A stretch of DNA of 64,000 bases from contig OZ251459.1 in NCBI GenBank assembly GCA_965242525.1, positions 1,504,001 to 1,568,000 on the forward strand, written 5' to 3'. Within the stretch, counting starts at the first letter, position 1; each line of letters starts with the position of its first letter. Source of the stretch: an uncultured Candidatus Binatia bacterium (GTDB lineage: Bacteria > Desulfobacterota > Binatia > UBA9968 > JAJDTQ01). Shown here piece after piece: positions 37,346 through 47,349 of the stretch. Under the pieces are notes generated by a model. The model was not told the DNA's origin, did not search any database, and saw only the letters and a list, made by a program, of their open reading frames with translations. A program made the position numbers and the translations under genes.

Positions 37346-37972
37346 CCGCTCCACCAGCCCCACGAACTCCCTTGCCGCGGCCACGAGGCCGTCACGGCCT
37401 TCGCGGGCCAGGACGTCCGCCAGGAAGGTGCTGCCCAGCACGATGCCCGTGACCCCCAGAGCCGCGTACTCCGACACGTTGGTCCGATCGACCCCGCCCG
37501 AGACCATGAACCGCGCGTCGGGAAAGGGACCCAGCATCTGGCGGACGAAGCGCGGTCCGCCCACGCAGTCCGCGGGGAAGATCTTCACCAGGTCGGCGCC
37601 GCCGCGGAGCGCCCGGACCACTTCCGTCGGGGTCGCCCCCGCGGGGATGAAGGCCGCCCCGGCCTCGCGGCACACCGGCGCCAAGTCCAACTCCAGGCTG
37701 GGCGAGACGATGAAGCGCGCTCCGGCCTCGATGCCCGCGCGCGCCTGCTCCTCGGACAGCACCGTGCCCGCGCCCACGCAGGCCCCGCCCTCCGCAGCCA
37801 GGGTCCGGATAACCTCCGGGGCCCCGGGCACGGAAAAGGTCACCTCCACGAACCGCACCCCCGCCTCGGCCACCGCCCGGGCAGTGGCCAGCGCCTCATC
37901 CGCGGTCCTCGAACGGATCACCGCCACCAATCGATGGGCCTGCATGGCGGCCATCAGCTCAGCCTTGGTCAT
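37316..37972 (-). CDS. KDPG/KHG aldolase (Eda family)
   Basis: 'LVAVIR', 'VEVTFSVP', 'VGAGTVL', 'GARFIVSP', 'VKIFPA', 'MVSGGV'. Confidence 0.9.
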   Translation of the reverse strand: MTKAELMAAMQAHRLVAVIRSRTADEALATARAVAEAGVRFVEVTFSVPGAPEVIRTLAAEGGACVGAGTVLSEEQARAGIEAGARFIVSPSLELDLAPVCREAGAAFIPAGATPTEVVRALRGGADLVKIFPADCVGGPRFVRQMLGPFPDARFMVSGGVDRTNVSEYAALGVTGIVLGSTFLADVLAREGRDGLVAAAREFVGLVERALAAPGPGA

Positions 37973-38067
37973 CCGGGACTCCTCTTCTCCGCCGGGGACC
38001 TGCCGCCCTGCCTCCGCCCTCCCGACCAGGGCAGACGCCGGAGACCGCGAACCTGACCTTCCCATCC

Positions 38068-38107
38068 CCGTTCGCCCTGAGCGTAGCGCAGCGAAATCGA
38101 AGGGCGC
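38068..38107. repeat. REP-like palindrome family A (variant), followed by IS5-like end at ~38128-38142
   Basis: ccgttcgccctgagcgtagcgcagcgaaatcgaagggcgc ... ttgttcggagtttcc. Confidence 0.8.
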
Positions 38108-38142
38108 GCTCATGCCCCCTGTCTCGCTTGTTCGGAGTTTCC

Positions 38143-38910
38143 TCAACTCAGCGTAAGGCCGCCGTCCACCAGCAGGGTCTGGCCGGTCACGAAGTCTCCG
38201 CCGGTGACGAGACCCAGGACGGCCCCGGCCACGTCTTCCGGCTGCGCCACCCGTTTCAGCGGATAGTTGGCGGAGGCGCGCTCGATGACGTCCGCGTAGT
38301 CCGCGCCGAAATGGTCGCGCATCCACTGGGTATCCGTGAACGCCGGCGCCACCGCGTTGACGCGGACCTTCGGTCCCAGGGCCACGGCCAGGCCCCGGGT
38401 CAGGTAGATGAGTCCAGCCTTGGCGGTGCCGTAGGCCAGGGACGACAGGGTGGATGGGGCGATGACGCCCGAGATGGACGACACGTTGACGATCATGCCC
38501 CCGACGGCGGCAAGGTGGGGAGCCGCGGCCCGGGCGCACCGGAACGCGCCCTTGACGTTCACCTCCAGGGTCGCGTCCCACACCTCGTCGGTCAGCGCCT
38601 CCAGGTCCGAGATGGGCACCCAACGGGTCACGCCGGCGTTGTTCACCAGGACGTCCAGGCGTCCGAACCGCTCCACGGTCCGCTCCACCATCTCCCTTGC
38701 GTCGGCGTCCCGGCGCACGTCGCCGTGCACGCACAGGGCCTCCGCCCCCAGCCCCTGCACCTCGGCCGCCAGGCTCTCGGCCTGGTCCCGGGCCGAGCGG
38801 TAGTTGACGGCCACGCCCGCGGCACCGGCCCGGGCGAGCTCCAGCGCCGTGGCCCGGCCGATTCCGGTGGCCGCGCCGGTGACCAGCGCCACCCGCTCCC
38901 GCAGGTTCAT
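38143..38910 (-). CDS. SDR family oxidoreductase
   Basis: 'VTGAATGIG', 'LVNNAG', 'YGTAK', 'VTGQTLLVDGG'. Confidence 0.94.
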   Translation of the reverse strand: MNLRERVALVTGAATGIGRATALELARAGAAGVAVNYRSARDQAESLAAEVQGLGAEALCVHGDVRRDADAREMVERTVERFGRLDVLVNNAGVTRWVPISDLEALTDEVWDATLEVNVKGAFRCARAAAPHLAAVGGMIVNVSSISGVIAPSTLSSLAYGTAKAGLIYLTRGLAVALGPKVRVNAVAPAFTDTQWMRDHFGADYADVIERASANYPLKRVAQPEDVAGAVLGLVTGGDFVTGQTLLVDGGLTLS

Positions 38911-40628
38911 GCGCCCCGGACCTCCCTGGTGGCGGCTTCGTCCACCACCCACTGCTCGGGCAGGCGGACCTTCTCGTCTTCGCCGCCGGTGAACCGCACC
39001 ACCACGCCGTAGTCCCTGGCCGCGGCCTCGGGGGTGACGTAGCCGAGGACCACGTCCATGCGGACCCGGTCCGGGTCGCGCTGGAAGGGCTCGCCGTAGC
39101 CGCCGCCCCCGGGATGGTTGAGATGCACGCTGCGGGGACCCTCCAGCCGGGTCTGCGCCTTGGGGTTGGGACGCTCGCCGCCGTCGAGGACGAACTCCCC
39201 GGGCAGGCCCGGACGGCCTCCCAGGATCCCCGGGGCCGGGTAACGGGTGCGGTCGAGTATGCCGTTGACGCTCCAGCCGCTCCGGGTGCGGTTGGTGAAC
39301 TCGGTGAACTGGCCCAGGCCGCCGCGCCAGACGCCCGCGCCGCCGGAGTCCACCCGCAGCTCGCGCCGGCGCATGACCAGCGGGGACAGGCTCTCGATGA
39401 CCTCCGCGGGCACGCCGGCCACGCCGCTCGGGAAACCCACCGCGCTGAGGCCGTCCTTGGTGGGCCGGGCGCCGGTGCCGCCCACCTGGAACACCGTCAG
39501 GTTGAAGGCAGGGTCCTCGCCCCGCCACACGCTGAGCCAGATGGGGTCCGCGCTCGGGGCCATGAGCTTGCCCGGAAGGGCCTGGGCCAGCGCGGTGAAG
39601 ACCGCGGTGGGCACGAAATGGCCCACGGTCTGCCGCGCCGCCACCGGAGCGGGGTCGTCGGCGTTCAGGATGCAGCCCGCGGGCGCGCTCACGTGCACCG
39701 GCCGGAAACTCCCCTCGTTGTGGGGCACGTCGGGGTAGATGGCGGCCTTGGCCGCGAAGCTGGCGTAGGCGTGGGTGTAGTTCATCACCACGTTGATGCC
39801 CCGGCGGCTCTGGGGCGAGGAGCCGGCGAAGTCGATGAAGATCTCGTCCCCCCGGACTTCGAGCCGGGTCTTGATGAGGATGGGCTCCTCGAAGCCGTCG
39901 CTCCAGGTCTCGCCTTCCCAGGCGCCGTCCTCCAGCTCGGCGATGGCCGCGCGCACGGCCTTCTCGGAGCGGTCGATGATCTCCTCCGCCACCGGGTCGA
40001 AGCTATCGAGGCCGAACTCGTCCATGGTCTCCACCAGGGCGCGGCCGCCGGCGTCGTTGCACGCGGCCTGGGCGTAGAAGTCGCTCACCACCTCGTGGGG
40101 CAGGCGCACGTTGGCGCGGACCAGTTGCAACAGGACGGGGTCAGGCTCGCCCGCGTGGAACAGCTTCAGGATGGGGATGCGGAGACCTTCCTCGAACACT
40201 TCCCGGGCTTCGGCCGAGAGGATGCGGCCGCCGATGTCCGCGGCGTGGCAGGTGTTGGCGAAGAACGCCGTCAGCCGCCCGGCCCGGAAGACGGGCGTGG
40301 TGATGGTGACGTCGTTCACGTGCCCCGCGGTCTGCCACGGGTCGTTGGTGATGAGCACGTCCCCGGGAGCCAGCGTCTCCGGGGGGAACTCCCGCAGGAA
40401 ATGGCCCATGGACGTGGCCATGGCGTTGATGTGGCCCGGGGTGCCGCTCACCGACTGGGCCACCATGCGGCCCCGGGTGTCGAACAGCCCGCAGGCCAGG
40501 TCCTGGCTCTCGCGCACGATGGTGCTGAAGGCCGTGCGCATGAGCGCGTCCTGTTGCTCGTTGGCCACCGACAGGAGCCGGTTCCAGATGACCTCCAGGG
40601 TCACCGGGTCGATGACGGCGCTACTCAT
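38907..40628 (-). CDS. Hydantoinase B / oxoprolinase family protein
   Basis: 'DPVTLEVIWNRL', 'RTAFSTIVRE', 'TNDPW...GHVND', 'EEGLRIP', 'PGGGGYG'. Confidence 0.94.
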   Translation of the reverse strand: MSSAVIDPVTLEVIWNRLLSVANEQQDALMRTAFSTIVRESQDLACGLFDTRGRMVAQSVSGTPGHINAMATSMGHFLREFPPETLAPGDVLITNDPWQTAGHVNDVTITTPVFRAGRLTAFFANTCHAADIGGRILSAEAREVFEEGLRIPILKLFHAGEPDPVLLQLVRANVRLPHEVVSDFYAQAACNDAGGRALVETMDEFGLDSFDPVAEEIIDRSEKAVRAAIAELEDGAWEGETWSDGFEEPILIKTRLEVRGDEIFIDFAGSSPQSRRGINVVMNYTHAYASFAAKAAIYPDVPHNEGSFRPVHVSAPAGCILNADDPAPVAARQTVGHFVPTAVFTALAQALPGKLMAPSADPIWLSVWRGEDPAFNLTVFQVGGTGARPTKDGLSAVGFPSGVAGVPAEVIESLSPLVMRRRELRVDSGGAGVWRGGLGQFTEFTNRTRSGWSVNGILDRTRYPAPGILGGRPGLPGEFVLDGGERPNPKAQTRLEGPRSVHLNHPGGGGYGEPFQRDPDRVRMDVVLGYVTPEAAARDYGVVVRFTGGEDEKVRLPEQWVVDEAATREVRGA

Positions 40629-40669
40629 GGCAACCCTCCACGGAGGCGCCGCGCCCGCTCCTCTTATTT

Positions 40670-40759
40670 CCGTTCGTCCTGAGCGTAGCGAAGCGAAGTC
40701 GAAGGACGCGCCTTCCCACAGGAAGGGGGAGGTCGAGCCGGATTCGATCACACGTTCCC
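40670..40759. mobile_element. Family-A REP plus MITE right arm overlapping the hydantoinase A stop codon
   Basis: REP 40670-40709 then ...gagccggattcgatcacacgttcc, matching the right arms at 18724-18773 and 30349-30398. Confidence 0.6.
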
Positions 40760-42829
40760 ATAGTCGAACTCTACGATCACGTTCCGATGCTCGTCAACCC
40801 GGGCGCGCCCGCGGGCGCTCACCACCAGGGTGGACTCCCGCTCCTCCACTACCGCGGGCCCCGGGAAGGTCATGCCCGGGGCCAGGGCGTAGCGGTCCAG
40901 CACCGGGGTCTCCACGAACTCCCCCCGGGCCGGCGAGAACACCGGGCGCGCGCCCTTCTCCGCCGGGGTCCCGGTCTCCTTCCCGCTCCGGGCGGAGAAG
41001 TCCAGCCGCGGCTCCGGCCCCCGGGCCACCACGCGCCAGTTGACGACCTCCACCGCCACGTCCGGGACCGTGCGCCCGTACATGCGCTCGTAGGTGCGCT
41101 CGAAGGCCCGGGCGATGGCGCCGCGGTGGCCCGCGCCGAGCACGCCGTCGGGTATGGGCACCGACACTTCGTGCCCCTGCCCGGTGTAGCGCATGTCCGC
41201 GGTGCGCTCGTACGCGATATCGTCCGGCGCCAGCCCCGACCGCTCCAGGATGGCGCGCCCCTCGCCGCACATGTCGTCGAACAGGCCGTTGACGAAACCC
41301 CAGTCCAGATCGTCCAGGCGGCTGTAGGCGCTGCGCACGAAGTCGAAGGCCAGGGGCGCGGCCAACAGTCCGAAGGTGGATCCCACGCCCGCGCCCATGG
41401 GGGAGACCAGGGTGGGCAGGCGCAGCAACTCCGCCACGTGGCACCCGTGCACCGGCCCGGCGCCGCCGAAGGCGTACAGGGGCAGTTCCCGTGGGTCCTT
41501 GCCCCGCTCCCCCAGGTGGGCGCGGGCGGCGTTGGCCATGTTCTCGTTGACGATCTGGTGCATGCCCCAAGCCACTTCCTCCACGCGCATGCCGAGTTGC
41601 GCGGCCACGCTGGCAAGGGCCTGCCGCGCCGCGTCCACGTGGAGCTTCATCTCGCCGCCCAGGAAGTAGTCGGGGTCGAAGTAGCCGAGGACCAGGTTGG
41701 CGTCGGTGACCGTGGGGCGCACGCCGCCGCGGCCGTAGCAGGCCGGACCCGGCTCGGCCCCGGCGCTCTCGGGTCCCACCTTGAGCAGGCCCAGGGAGTC
41801 CACCCGGGCGATGCTGCCGCCGCCGGCGCCGATCTCGATCATGTCGATGACCGGGACCTTGATGGGCAGGCCGCTGCCCTTGCGGAAGCGATATACCCGG
41901 TCCACCTCGAACTCCCGGGCCCTGAGCGGAGAGCCGTTCTCCACCGCGCACAGCTTGGCGGTGGTGCCGCCCATGTCGAAGGAGAGCAGGTCCGGGTAGC
42001 CCGCGCGCCGTCCCAGCGCGGCCGCGGCCAGGGCCCCCGCGGCCGGCCCCGATTCGAGCATGCGCACGGGGAACCGGGCCGCGGTCTCGGGAGTGCCGAT
42101 GCCGCCGCTGGACAGCATCACGAAGAAGCTGCCGGTGAACCGCAAGCCGTCCAGCCGCTGCCGCAGCTCGTGGAGGTAGGCGGCCACGCGCTCCTGCACA
42201 TAGACGTTGGCCGCGGTGGTGCTGGTGCGCTGGAACTCCCGGATCTCGGGCACCACGTCCGCGCTCACCGACACGCGGATCTCCGGGGCCACATCAGTGA
42301 TGATCTCCCGGGTGCGGCGTTCGTGGGCCGGGTTGCGGAAGCTGTTGAGGTAGCACACCGCCACCGCCCGCACCCCCTTGTCCCGGAGCTCGGCCGCCAG
42401 GGTCCGCACGAAGTCTTCGTCCAGGGGTTCGATCACGGCGCCGTCCGCGGCCATCCGCTCGGGCACGTCGAAGCGGAGGTAGCGCGGCACCAGCGGCTTG
42501 GGGAACTCCAGGTCCAGGTCGTAGAGCTCGTAGCGGTGCTCGCGGCCGATCTCCAGCGCGTCCCGGAACCCCTCGGTGGTGAGCAGCGCGGTGAGCGCTC
42601 CCTTGCGCTCGATCAGGGCGTTGGTAACCAGGGTGGTGCCGTGCACCACCGTCCCCTGCCCGGCCCGGTCCACGATGCCGGTCTCCAGCCCCTGCTTCAT
42701 GGCCGTCTCCACCGCCACGCTGGGGTCCTCGTGGGTGGTGAGGGTCTTGCCGATGAAGGATGCGCCGTCCTCGGCCACCAGGAGCAGGTCCGTGAAGGTC
42801 CCGCCGATGTCAACGCCAACGCGGTACAT
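40748..42829 (-). CDS. Hydantoinase A / oxoprolinase family protein
   Basis: 'VGVDIGGTFTD', 'HGTTLVTNAL', 'LESGPAAG', 'DMGGTTAK', 'IGAGGGSIA', 'FGGAGP'. Confidence 0.95.
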   Translation of the reverse strand: MYRVGVDIGGTFTDLLLVAEDGASFIGKTLTTHEDPSVAVETAMKQGLETGIVDRAGQGTVVHGTTLVTNALIERKGALTALLTTEGFRDALEIGREHRYELYDLDLEFPKPLVPRYLRFDVPERMAADGAVIEPLDEDFVRTLAAELRDKGVRAVAVCYLNSFRNPAHERRTREIITDVAPEIRVSVSADVVPEIREFQRTSTTAANVYVQERVAAYLHELRQRLDGLRFTGSFFVMLSSGGIGTPETAARFPVRMLESGPAAGALAAAALGRRAGYPDLLSFDMGGTTAKLCAVENGSPLRAREFEVDRVYRFRKGSGLPIKVPVIDMIEIGAGGGSIARVDSLGLLKVGPESAGAEPGPACYGRGGVRPTVTDANLVLGYFDPDYFLGGEMKLHVDAARQALASVAAQLGMRVEEVAWGMHQIVNENMANAARAHLGERGKDPRELPLYAFGGAGPVHGCHVAELLRLPTLVSPMGAGVGSTFGLLAAPLAFDFVRSAYSRLDDLDWGFVNGLFDDMCGEGRAILERSGLAPDDIAYERTADMRYTGQGHEVSVPIPDGVLGAGHRGAIARAFERTYERMYGRTVPDVAVEVVNWRVVARGPEPRLDFSARSGKETGTPAEKGARPVFSPARGEFVETPVLDRYALAPGMTFPGPAVVEERESTLVVSARGRARVDEHRNVIVEFDYGNV

Positions 42830-42906
42830 GGGAATCTTTCGGAGACGAAGAACCGCCGACGGCCGGCGCGGTGCGTGGGCCGGGCGCGGCCGCGGACCTG
42901 CGTCGG

Positions 42907-43911
42907 CTACTGGGCGAACAGGTCCATCAGGGCGTCGGTCTGGTCCGCCGCGGCCGGGCGGAGCAGGGGGATCTTGACGCCCGCGTCGCGGTACTGCTGC
43001 ACCCGCGCCTTGACCTCGTCCGGGGTGCCGCTGGCGGTCATGCCCTCCACGTAGGAGTCGGGGACGGCCTCGATGAGCGCCTCCATGCCGCCCTTGGCGT
43101 GGGCCTCCTCGAACCGGGGGATGTCTTCCTCGTGGATGTAGGGCTCGCCCACGCGCATCTTGGGGCGGGCGATGAACGGAAGCTGCACGGGGTCGAGCTT
43201 GGTGGCCACTTCCCAGCGGATGGCGTCCAGGGCCTTGGCGTGGTCGTCGGCGATGGAGCAGTTGATCAACTGGGCCACCTCGAACTTGGAGAAGTCGCGC
43301 CCCGCTTCCTCCGCGGCTTCCCGGATGATCTTGAGGGCGTTGGCGGTGTACTCCGGCGAGCACACCGCGTTGAGCACCACGCCGTCGCCGATCTGGCCCG
43401 CGAGCTTCAGGCCGGGCCTCGCGGTGGCCGGGAGGTAGAGAGGGATGCTGGTGCGCAGGGGCTTCCAGCCGATGCCCACGTTGTCGAACTTGACGAACTG
43501 TCCCTGGTAGCTCACCTTCTCGCCGCTGAACAGCAGGCGCATGGACTCGATGTATTCCCTGAGCACCTGCACCGGGTCCTGGTGCTCCATGGCGTGGACC
43601 CTGGCGTGGCTGCGGGTGCAGGCGCCCGGAGCGAGGGTCAGGCGCCCCCCGGTCAACTCGTCCAGGGTCATCAGCGACTGGGCCATGCAGATGGGCGTGC
43701 GCAGGCGCACGATCTGGGTGGCCCCCAGCGTGACCCTGGAAGTGGCCAGGCCCATGGCCGCCAAGGCCGAGACCGAGTCGCGCATGAGCTCGATGGTCTC
43801 GGAGAAGAACCCCATCTCGAAACCCCGCTCCTCCGCGCGCCGCATGAGATCGGCGATCTCCCGGACGTTGGTGAACTTTCCGTAACCCAGTGCGAAACCG
43901 ACCCTGGCCAT
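42907..43911 (-). CDS. LLM class flavin-dependent oxidoreductase
   Basis: 'AEERGF', 'ATSRVTLG', 'TLDELTGGRL', 'IPLYL...LAGQIGDG', 'GTPDEV'. Confidence 0.9.
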   Translation of the reverse strand: MARVGFALGYGKFTNVREIADLMRRAEERGFEMGFFSETIELMRDSVSALAAMGLATSRVTLGATQIVRLRTPICMAQSLMTLDELTGGRLTLAPGACTRSHARVHAMEHQDPVQVLREYIESMRLLFSGEKVSYQGQFVKFDNVGIGWKPLRTSIPLYLPATARPGLKLAGQIGDGVVLNAVCSPEYTANALKIIREAAEEAGRDFSKFEVAQLINCSIADDHAKALDAIRWEVATKLDPVQLPFIARPKMRVGEPYIHEEDIPRFEEAHAKGGMEALIEAVPDSYVEGMTASGTPDEVKARVQQYRDAGVKIPLLRPAAADQTDALMDLFAQ

Positions 43912-44182
43912 GAGCCCTCCTGACTCCGTGAGCGCATCCCCGGCCCGCGTCCTTCAGGATCTCCCGGTGCGAGCCCCGAACCGGAAGGGAGCGTCGGTCA
44001 TGTCCTTCACGGGAGGGTCCCGCCCTGCGCCTTGCAGACTCGGCGCGTTTCGGAGGACGGCGGCGGGTGTTGCGGTGTCCTTGAAGAAAAAGCCTTTCTA
44101 TACCATGCGTTGCCGCCCGTCAAGGAACCGGGGGCCAAGGCCCGTTGCCACGCGCCCCTCGATTGCCTAAGCTGGCGGGAAG

Positions 44183-44788
44183 ATGCTGGGCCTCGACATC
44201 GACGGCGTGGTCGCCGACTTCCTCTCCCCCTTCCTCGTCCTGCTGGAGAAGAGGACCGGCAAGGGGCCCATCCCTGCCGACTCCCTCGTCAGCATCGATT
44301 TCACCGCCCACCCCGCGTTGACCGAGGAGGCGGTGGAGGCCTGCGCCGACGCGGTGAAGCGGGACCCCGGGTTCTGGACCGGCCTGGACTCCCTGTTGAG
44401 CCGGGAACAGTGGCGGCGCCTGGAGGCGCTGAACCGGCGAAAGCGGCTGTCGTTCATCACCCACCGGTCCGGCGGCGACGGCTGCGACATCCGCGCGGTG
44501 ACCGCGGAGTGGCTGCGGCGCCACGGCATCACCCAACCCGCGGTCTTCTTCACGGACGAACCCAAGTCCGGCTTCGTCGAGGAGCTAGGGGTGGCGCTCT
44601 TCGTGGACGACAACTACGAGAACTGCCGGGACGTGGCCGAGAAGACCGGCGCCCGGGTGATGATGCCGCACCATCCCTACAACCGGACCTTCTCGCATCC
44701 CGGGGTGAGGCGCATCACGCATTTCGACGAGGTGTTCGCACAGTTCGAGGGCGGTCGGGCGTTGGCCAAGGAGGCCGGCGGCGTTTGA
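44183..44788 (+). CDS. HAD-superfamily 5'(3')-nucleotidase-like protein
   Basis: 'GLDIDGVVADF', 'FITHR', 'TAEWL', 'FVDD', 'HPYNR'. Confidence 0.8.
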   Translation: MLGLDIDGVVADFLSPFLVLLEKRTGKGPIPADSLVSIDFTAHPALTEEAVEACADAVKRDPGFWTGLDSLLSREQWRRLEALNRRKRLSFITHRSGGDGCDIRAVTAEWLRRHGITQPAVFFTDEPKSGFVEELGVALFVDDNYENCRDVAEKTGARVMMPHHPYNRTFSHPGVRRITHFDEVFAQFEGGRALAKEAGGV

Positions 44789-44870
44789 CCATCGGGGTCC
44801 ATGCCCGGCGCCCGGCCTGCTCGCGGGCGGTTCCGGTCCGTCCGTGCCACCGGGGTCCGCGCCACCGGAA

Positions 44871-46034
44871 CTACCGGCCGAAGCTCCCCTCCCACATCAT
44901 CTCGACGGCCTTCGCATAGGGGAGCACGGTGACGCCGCCCGCCTTGAGGACCCGGTCGCCCCGATAGACGCCGTAGGCGTGCTGGATGTCGCCGGACTGC
45001 ATCAGGACGTTCAACCCCTTGTGGAAGGTCCCCTTCCAGGCAACGGACGACTTGATCTCGAAGCCCACCGCCTGCTTTCCCCTCTTCCAGACCAGGTCCA
45101 CCTCGTTGCCTGACTCCGTGCGCCAGTAGAAGAACTGTCCACCGTGGGACCGCCAAGCATTGAGGGCGCGGAACTCGTTGAGGACGAAGGTTTCGAACAG
45201 GGCGCCGGTTTCGGCCGCGGAAGGCTTCTCCCGGTGCAGACCCGCCAGGGCGCGCTGCACCCCGCAGTCGAACAGGTAGAACTTGGGATGGGCGGTCTCC
45301 TTGACCTTGGCCCGGTTGCGGTAGGCCGGCAGGCGCCAGCCCAGCAACGTGTCTTCCAGTATGCCGAAGTACCCCTGGACCGTGGACCGGGCCACGCCCA
45401 CGTCCCGGGCGATGTTGGCGATGTTCAGCACCTGTCCGTTCATGAGGCCGGCCACCGCCAGGAACCGATAGAAACCGTCCAGGTTCCTGACCAGGGCCTC
45501 CTGCTGGATCTCCTCCTTCAGGTAGGTCTCGACGTAGGCGTCGAGGAAGTCGATCTTCTCGGCCCGGGTAGCCGACGTGACGCTCAAGGGCAGTTGCCCG
45601 AAACGCAGCGCATCCTGCAAGCGGAAATCCTCGCCCAACTCCAGCAGGCTCAGGGGAAACATCCTCCTCAGGAGGGCGCGTCCGGCCAGCATGTTGGCCT
45701 GGGACCGCTTGAGCTTTCGGGCGCTGGAACCGGACAGCGCAAACCGGCAGGCGTACCGCTCGTCGAACAACAGGGCGTGAACCTCGTCCAGGAGTTCCGG
45801 GAGTTTCTGCACCTCGTCGATGACGACCCAGGCCGGCCGGTTTCCCAGCGCCGCCACTTCCTGCGCGAGAAGGGACGGGTCCCGTCTGTACCGCAGGTAT
45901 TCGCCGGACTTGAGAAGGTCGATGCTCAAGTCCGCATGGCCGAGGCGCTGGGCCAGCCACACGGATTTTCCCGTGCCTCGGGGACCGAACAGGAAGAAAC
46001 TCTTGTGGGGGAGGTCGAGCCTTCGGGGATACAT
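44871..46034 (-). CDS. AAA+ ATPase with DUF4143-type C-terminal domain
   Basis: 'FGPRGTGKS', 'IDEVQK', 'SGSSA', 'LAGR', 'PKFYLFDCG', 'YWRT..GNEVDLV...FEIK'; start placed at ATG 46034. Confidence 0.9.
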   Translation of the reverse strand: MYPRRLDLPHKSFFLFGPRGTGKSVWLAQRLGHADLSIDLLKSGEYLRYRRDPSLLAQEVAALGNRPAWVVIDEVQKLPELLDEVHALLFDERYACRFALSGSSARKLKRSQANMLAGRALLRRMFPLSLLELGEDFRLQDALRFGQLPLSVTSATRAEKIDFLDAYVETYLKEEIQQEALVRNLDGFYRFLAVAGLMNGQVLNIANIARDVGVARSTVQGYFGILEDTLLGWRLPAYRNRAKVKETAHPKFYLFDCGVQRALAGLHREKPSAAETGALFETFVLNEFRALNAWRSHGGQFFYWRTESGNEVDLVWKRGKQAVGFEIKSSVAWKGTFHKGLNVLMQSGDIQHAYGVYRGDRVLKAGGVTVLPYAKAVEMMWEGSFGR

Positions 46035-46081
46035 GTCGGCGGTTCCGTCGAATTTACCGTAAAAATGACGGAACCACCGAC
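46035..46081. promoter_or_regulatory. Long imperfect palindrome abutting the ATPase start codon
   Basis: gtcggcggttccgtcgaatttac c gtaaaaatgacggaaccaccgac. Confidence 0.45.
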
Positions 46082-46266
46082 GGCTGTCAACCACCCGGAC
46101 GCGTCGGCCCGGGGCTACCGGGACGCCGCGCCGTTGCGGCGCGTCCCTCGTTTGCGTAAGCTGGACCCAGGAGAACGGGTTTTCAACGGGTTTTCAACGT
46201 GGACGCCGTGGCGGCCGGGCTTCCCTCTCGCTTCCGCCGCCGGCGTCGGCTTGGCGGAGGATCACC

Positions 46267-46992
46267 ATGTACGGCTGGCGCGCGCGTGTGGGCCATGTGG
46301 CCCCGTCCCGCGGGGACACCCTAGTTTACGAGTTCTACCGCATGTTGCCCGAGGGGTTCCAGTTGCTCAACAGCACCGGGACCATACGGCAACTGGTGGA
46401 CACGGACTTCGAGCGGCAGCTCGGGCGCATCGAGGAAGCGGCCCTGGATTTGGTGGACAACGGCTGCGACGTGGTGGTCCTCGGAGGCTCCCCGCTCTTC
46501 ACCAAGCTGGGGCACGGCAGCGACGTGGAGATGGGCCGGCGGCTCACCGAGAAGACCGGCGTCCCCGTCACCGCGGGGATTACCGGCGAGGTGCAGGCCC
46601 TCAAGGCCATGGGGCTCCGCCGCCTGGTGGTGGCCACCCCCCACGAGGACGAACTGAACGCCCGGATGAAGGCGTTCCTGGAGGCTTCCGGCTTCGAGGT
46701 TCTGCGGGTCGAGGGCTACGGGCTCCGCAAGAACTCCGCCATCTCCGACCTGCCCGTTCACGCCTCCTACAAGATCGCCAAGCGCCTGTACGAAAAGGCC
46801 CCGGAAGCCGACGGCATCTTCATCCCCTGCCCGCGCTGGCCCACCATCGAGGACGTGGAACTCCTGGAGCACGAGATCGGCAAGCCGGTGGTGACCAGTT
46901 GCCAAGCCTACATCTGGCACGCCCTGAACCTGATCCGCATCCGGCAGGAGGTCAGCGGCTACGGGCGGTTGATGGGGAGCTTGGCGGCGTGA
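46267..46992 (+). CDS. Maleate cis-trans isomerase / Asp-Glu racemase family protein
   Basis: 'YGWRARVGHVAPS', 'VVATPH', 'DGIFIPCPRW', 'IGKPVVTS'. Confidence 0.85.
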   Translation: MYGWRARVGHVAPSRGDTLVYEFYRMLPEGFQLLNSTGTIRQLVDTDFERQLGRIEEAALDLVDNGCDVVVLGGSPLFTKLGHGSDVEMGRRLTEKTGVPVTAGITGEVQALKAMGLRRLVVATPHEDELNARMKAFLEASGFEVLRVEGYGLRKNSAISDLPVHASYKIAKRLYEKAPEADGIFIPCPRWPTIEDVELLEHEIGKPVVTSCQAYIWHALNLIRIRQEVSGYGRLMGSLAA

Positions 46993-47082
46993 GCGGACGG
47001 AGGCGATGGAGCGGAGTGTCCTCGATACGTTGGAAACCTCGTCTCGCGCAAAATCGAGGGTGTCCCAGAGGAAGAAGAAACG

Positions 47083-47349
47083 ATGATGAATCGGCCGATG
47101 GAAGTGGAAGCGCGCGACGGCTATCGCATCTGGCTGCGCTACTCGGACGGGACCGCGGGTGAAGTCGATTTGTCGCACCCGGCCGGACGAGGCGTGTTCG
47201 CGGCCTGGAACGACCGCGCTTGCTTCGAGGCGGTCCGTGTAACGGCCGACGGTGGAATCGCCTGGGGAGAGGACCTCGATCTTTGCCCCGACACGATCTA
47301 TATGCAGCTCACCGGGAAACCCAACCGGGAAGTGGCGGATAGGCGATGA
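47083..47349 (+). CDS. DUF2442 family protein
   Basis: 'YRIWLRYSDGTAGEVDL...GVF...F..V...GIAWGEDLDLCPDTIY'. Confidence 0.85.
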   Translation: MMNRPMEVEARDGYRIWLRYSDGTAGEVDLSHPAGRGVFAAWNDRACFEAVRVTADGGIAWGEDLDLCPDTIYMQLTGKPNREVADRR

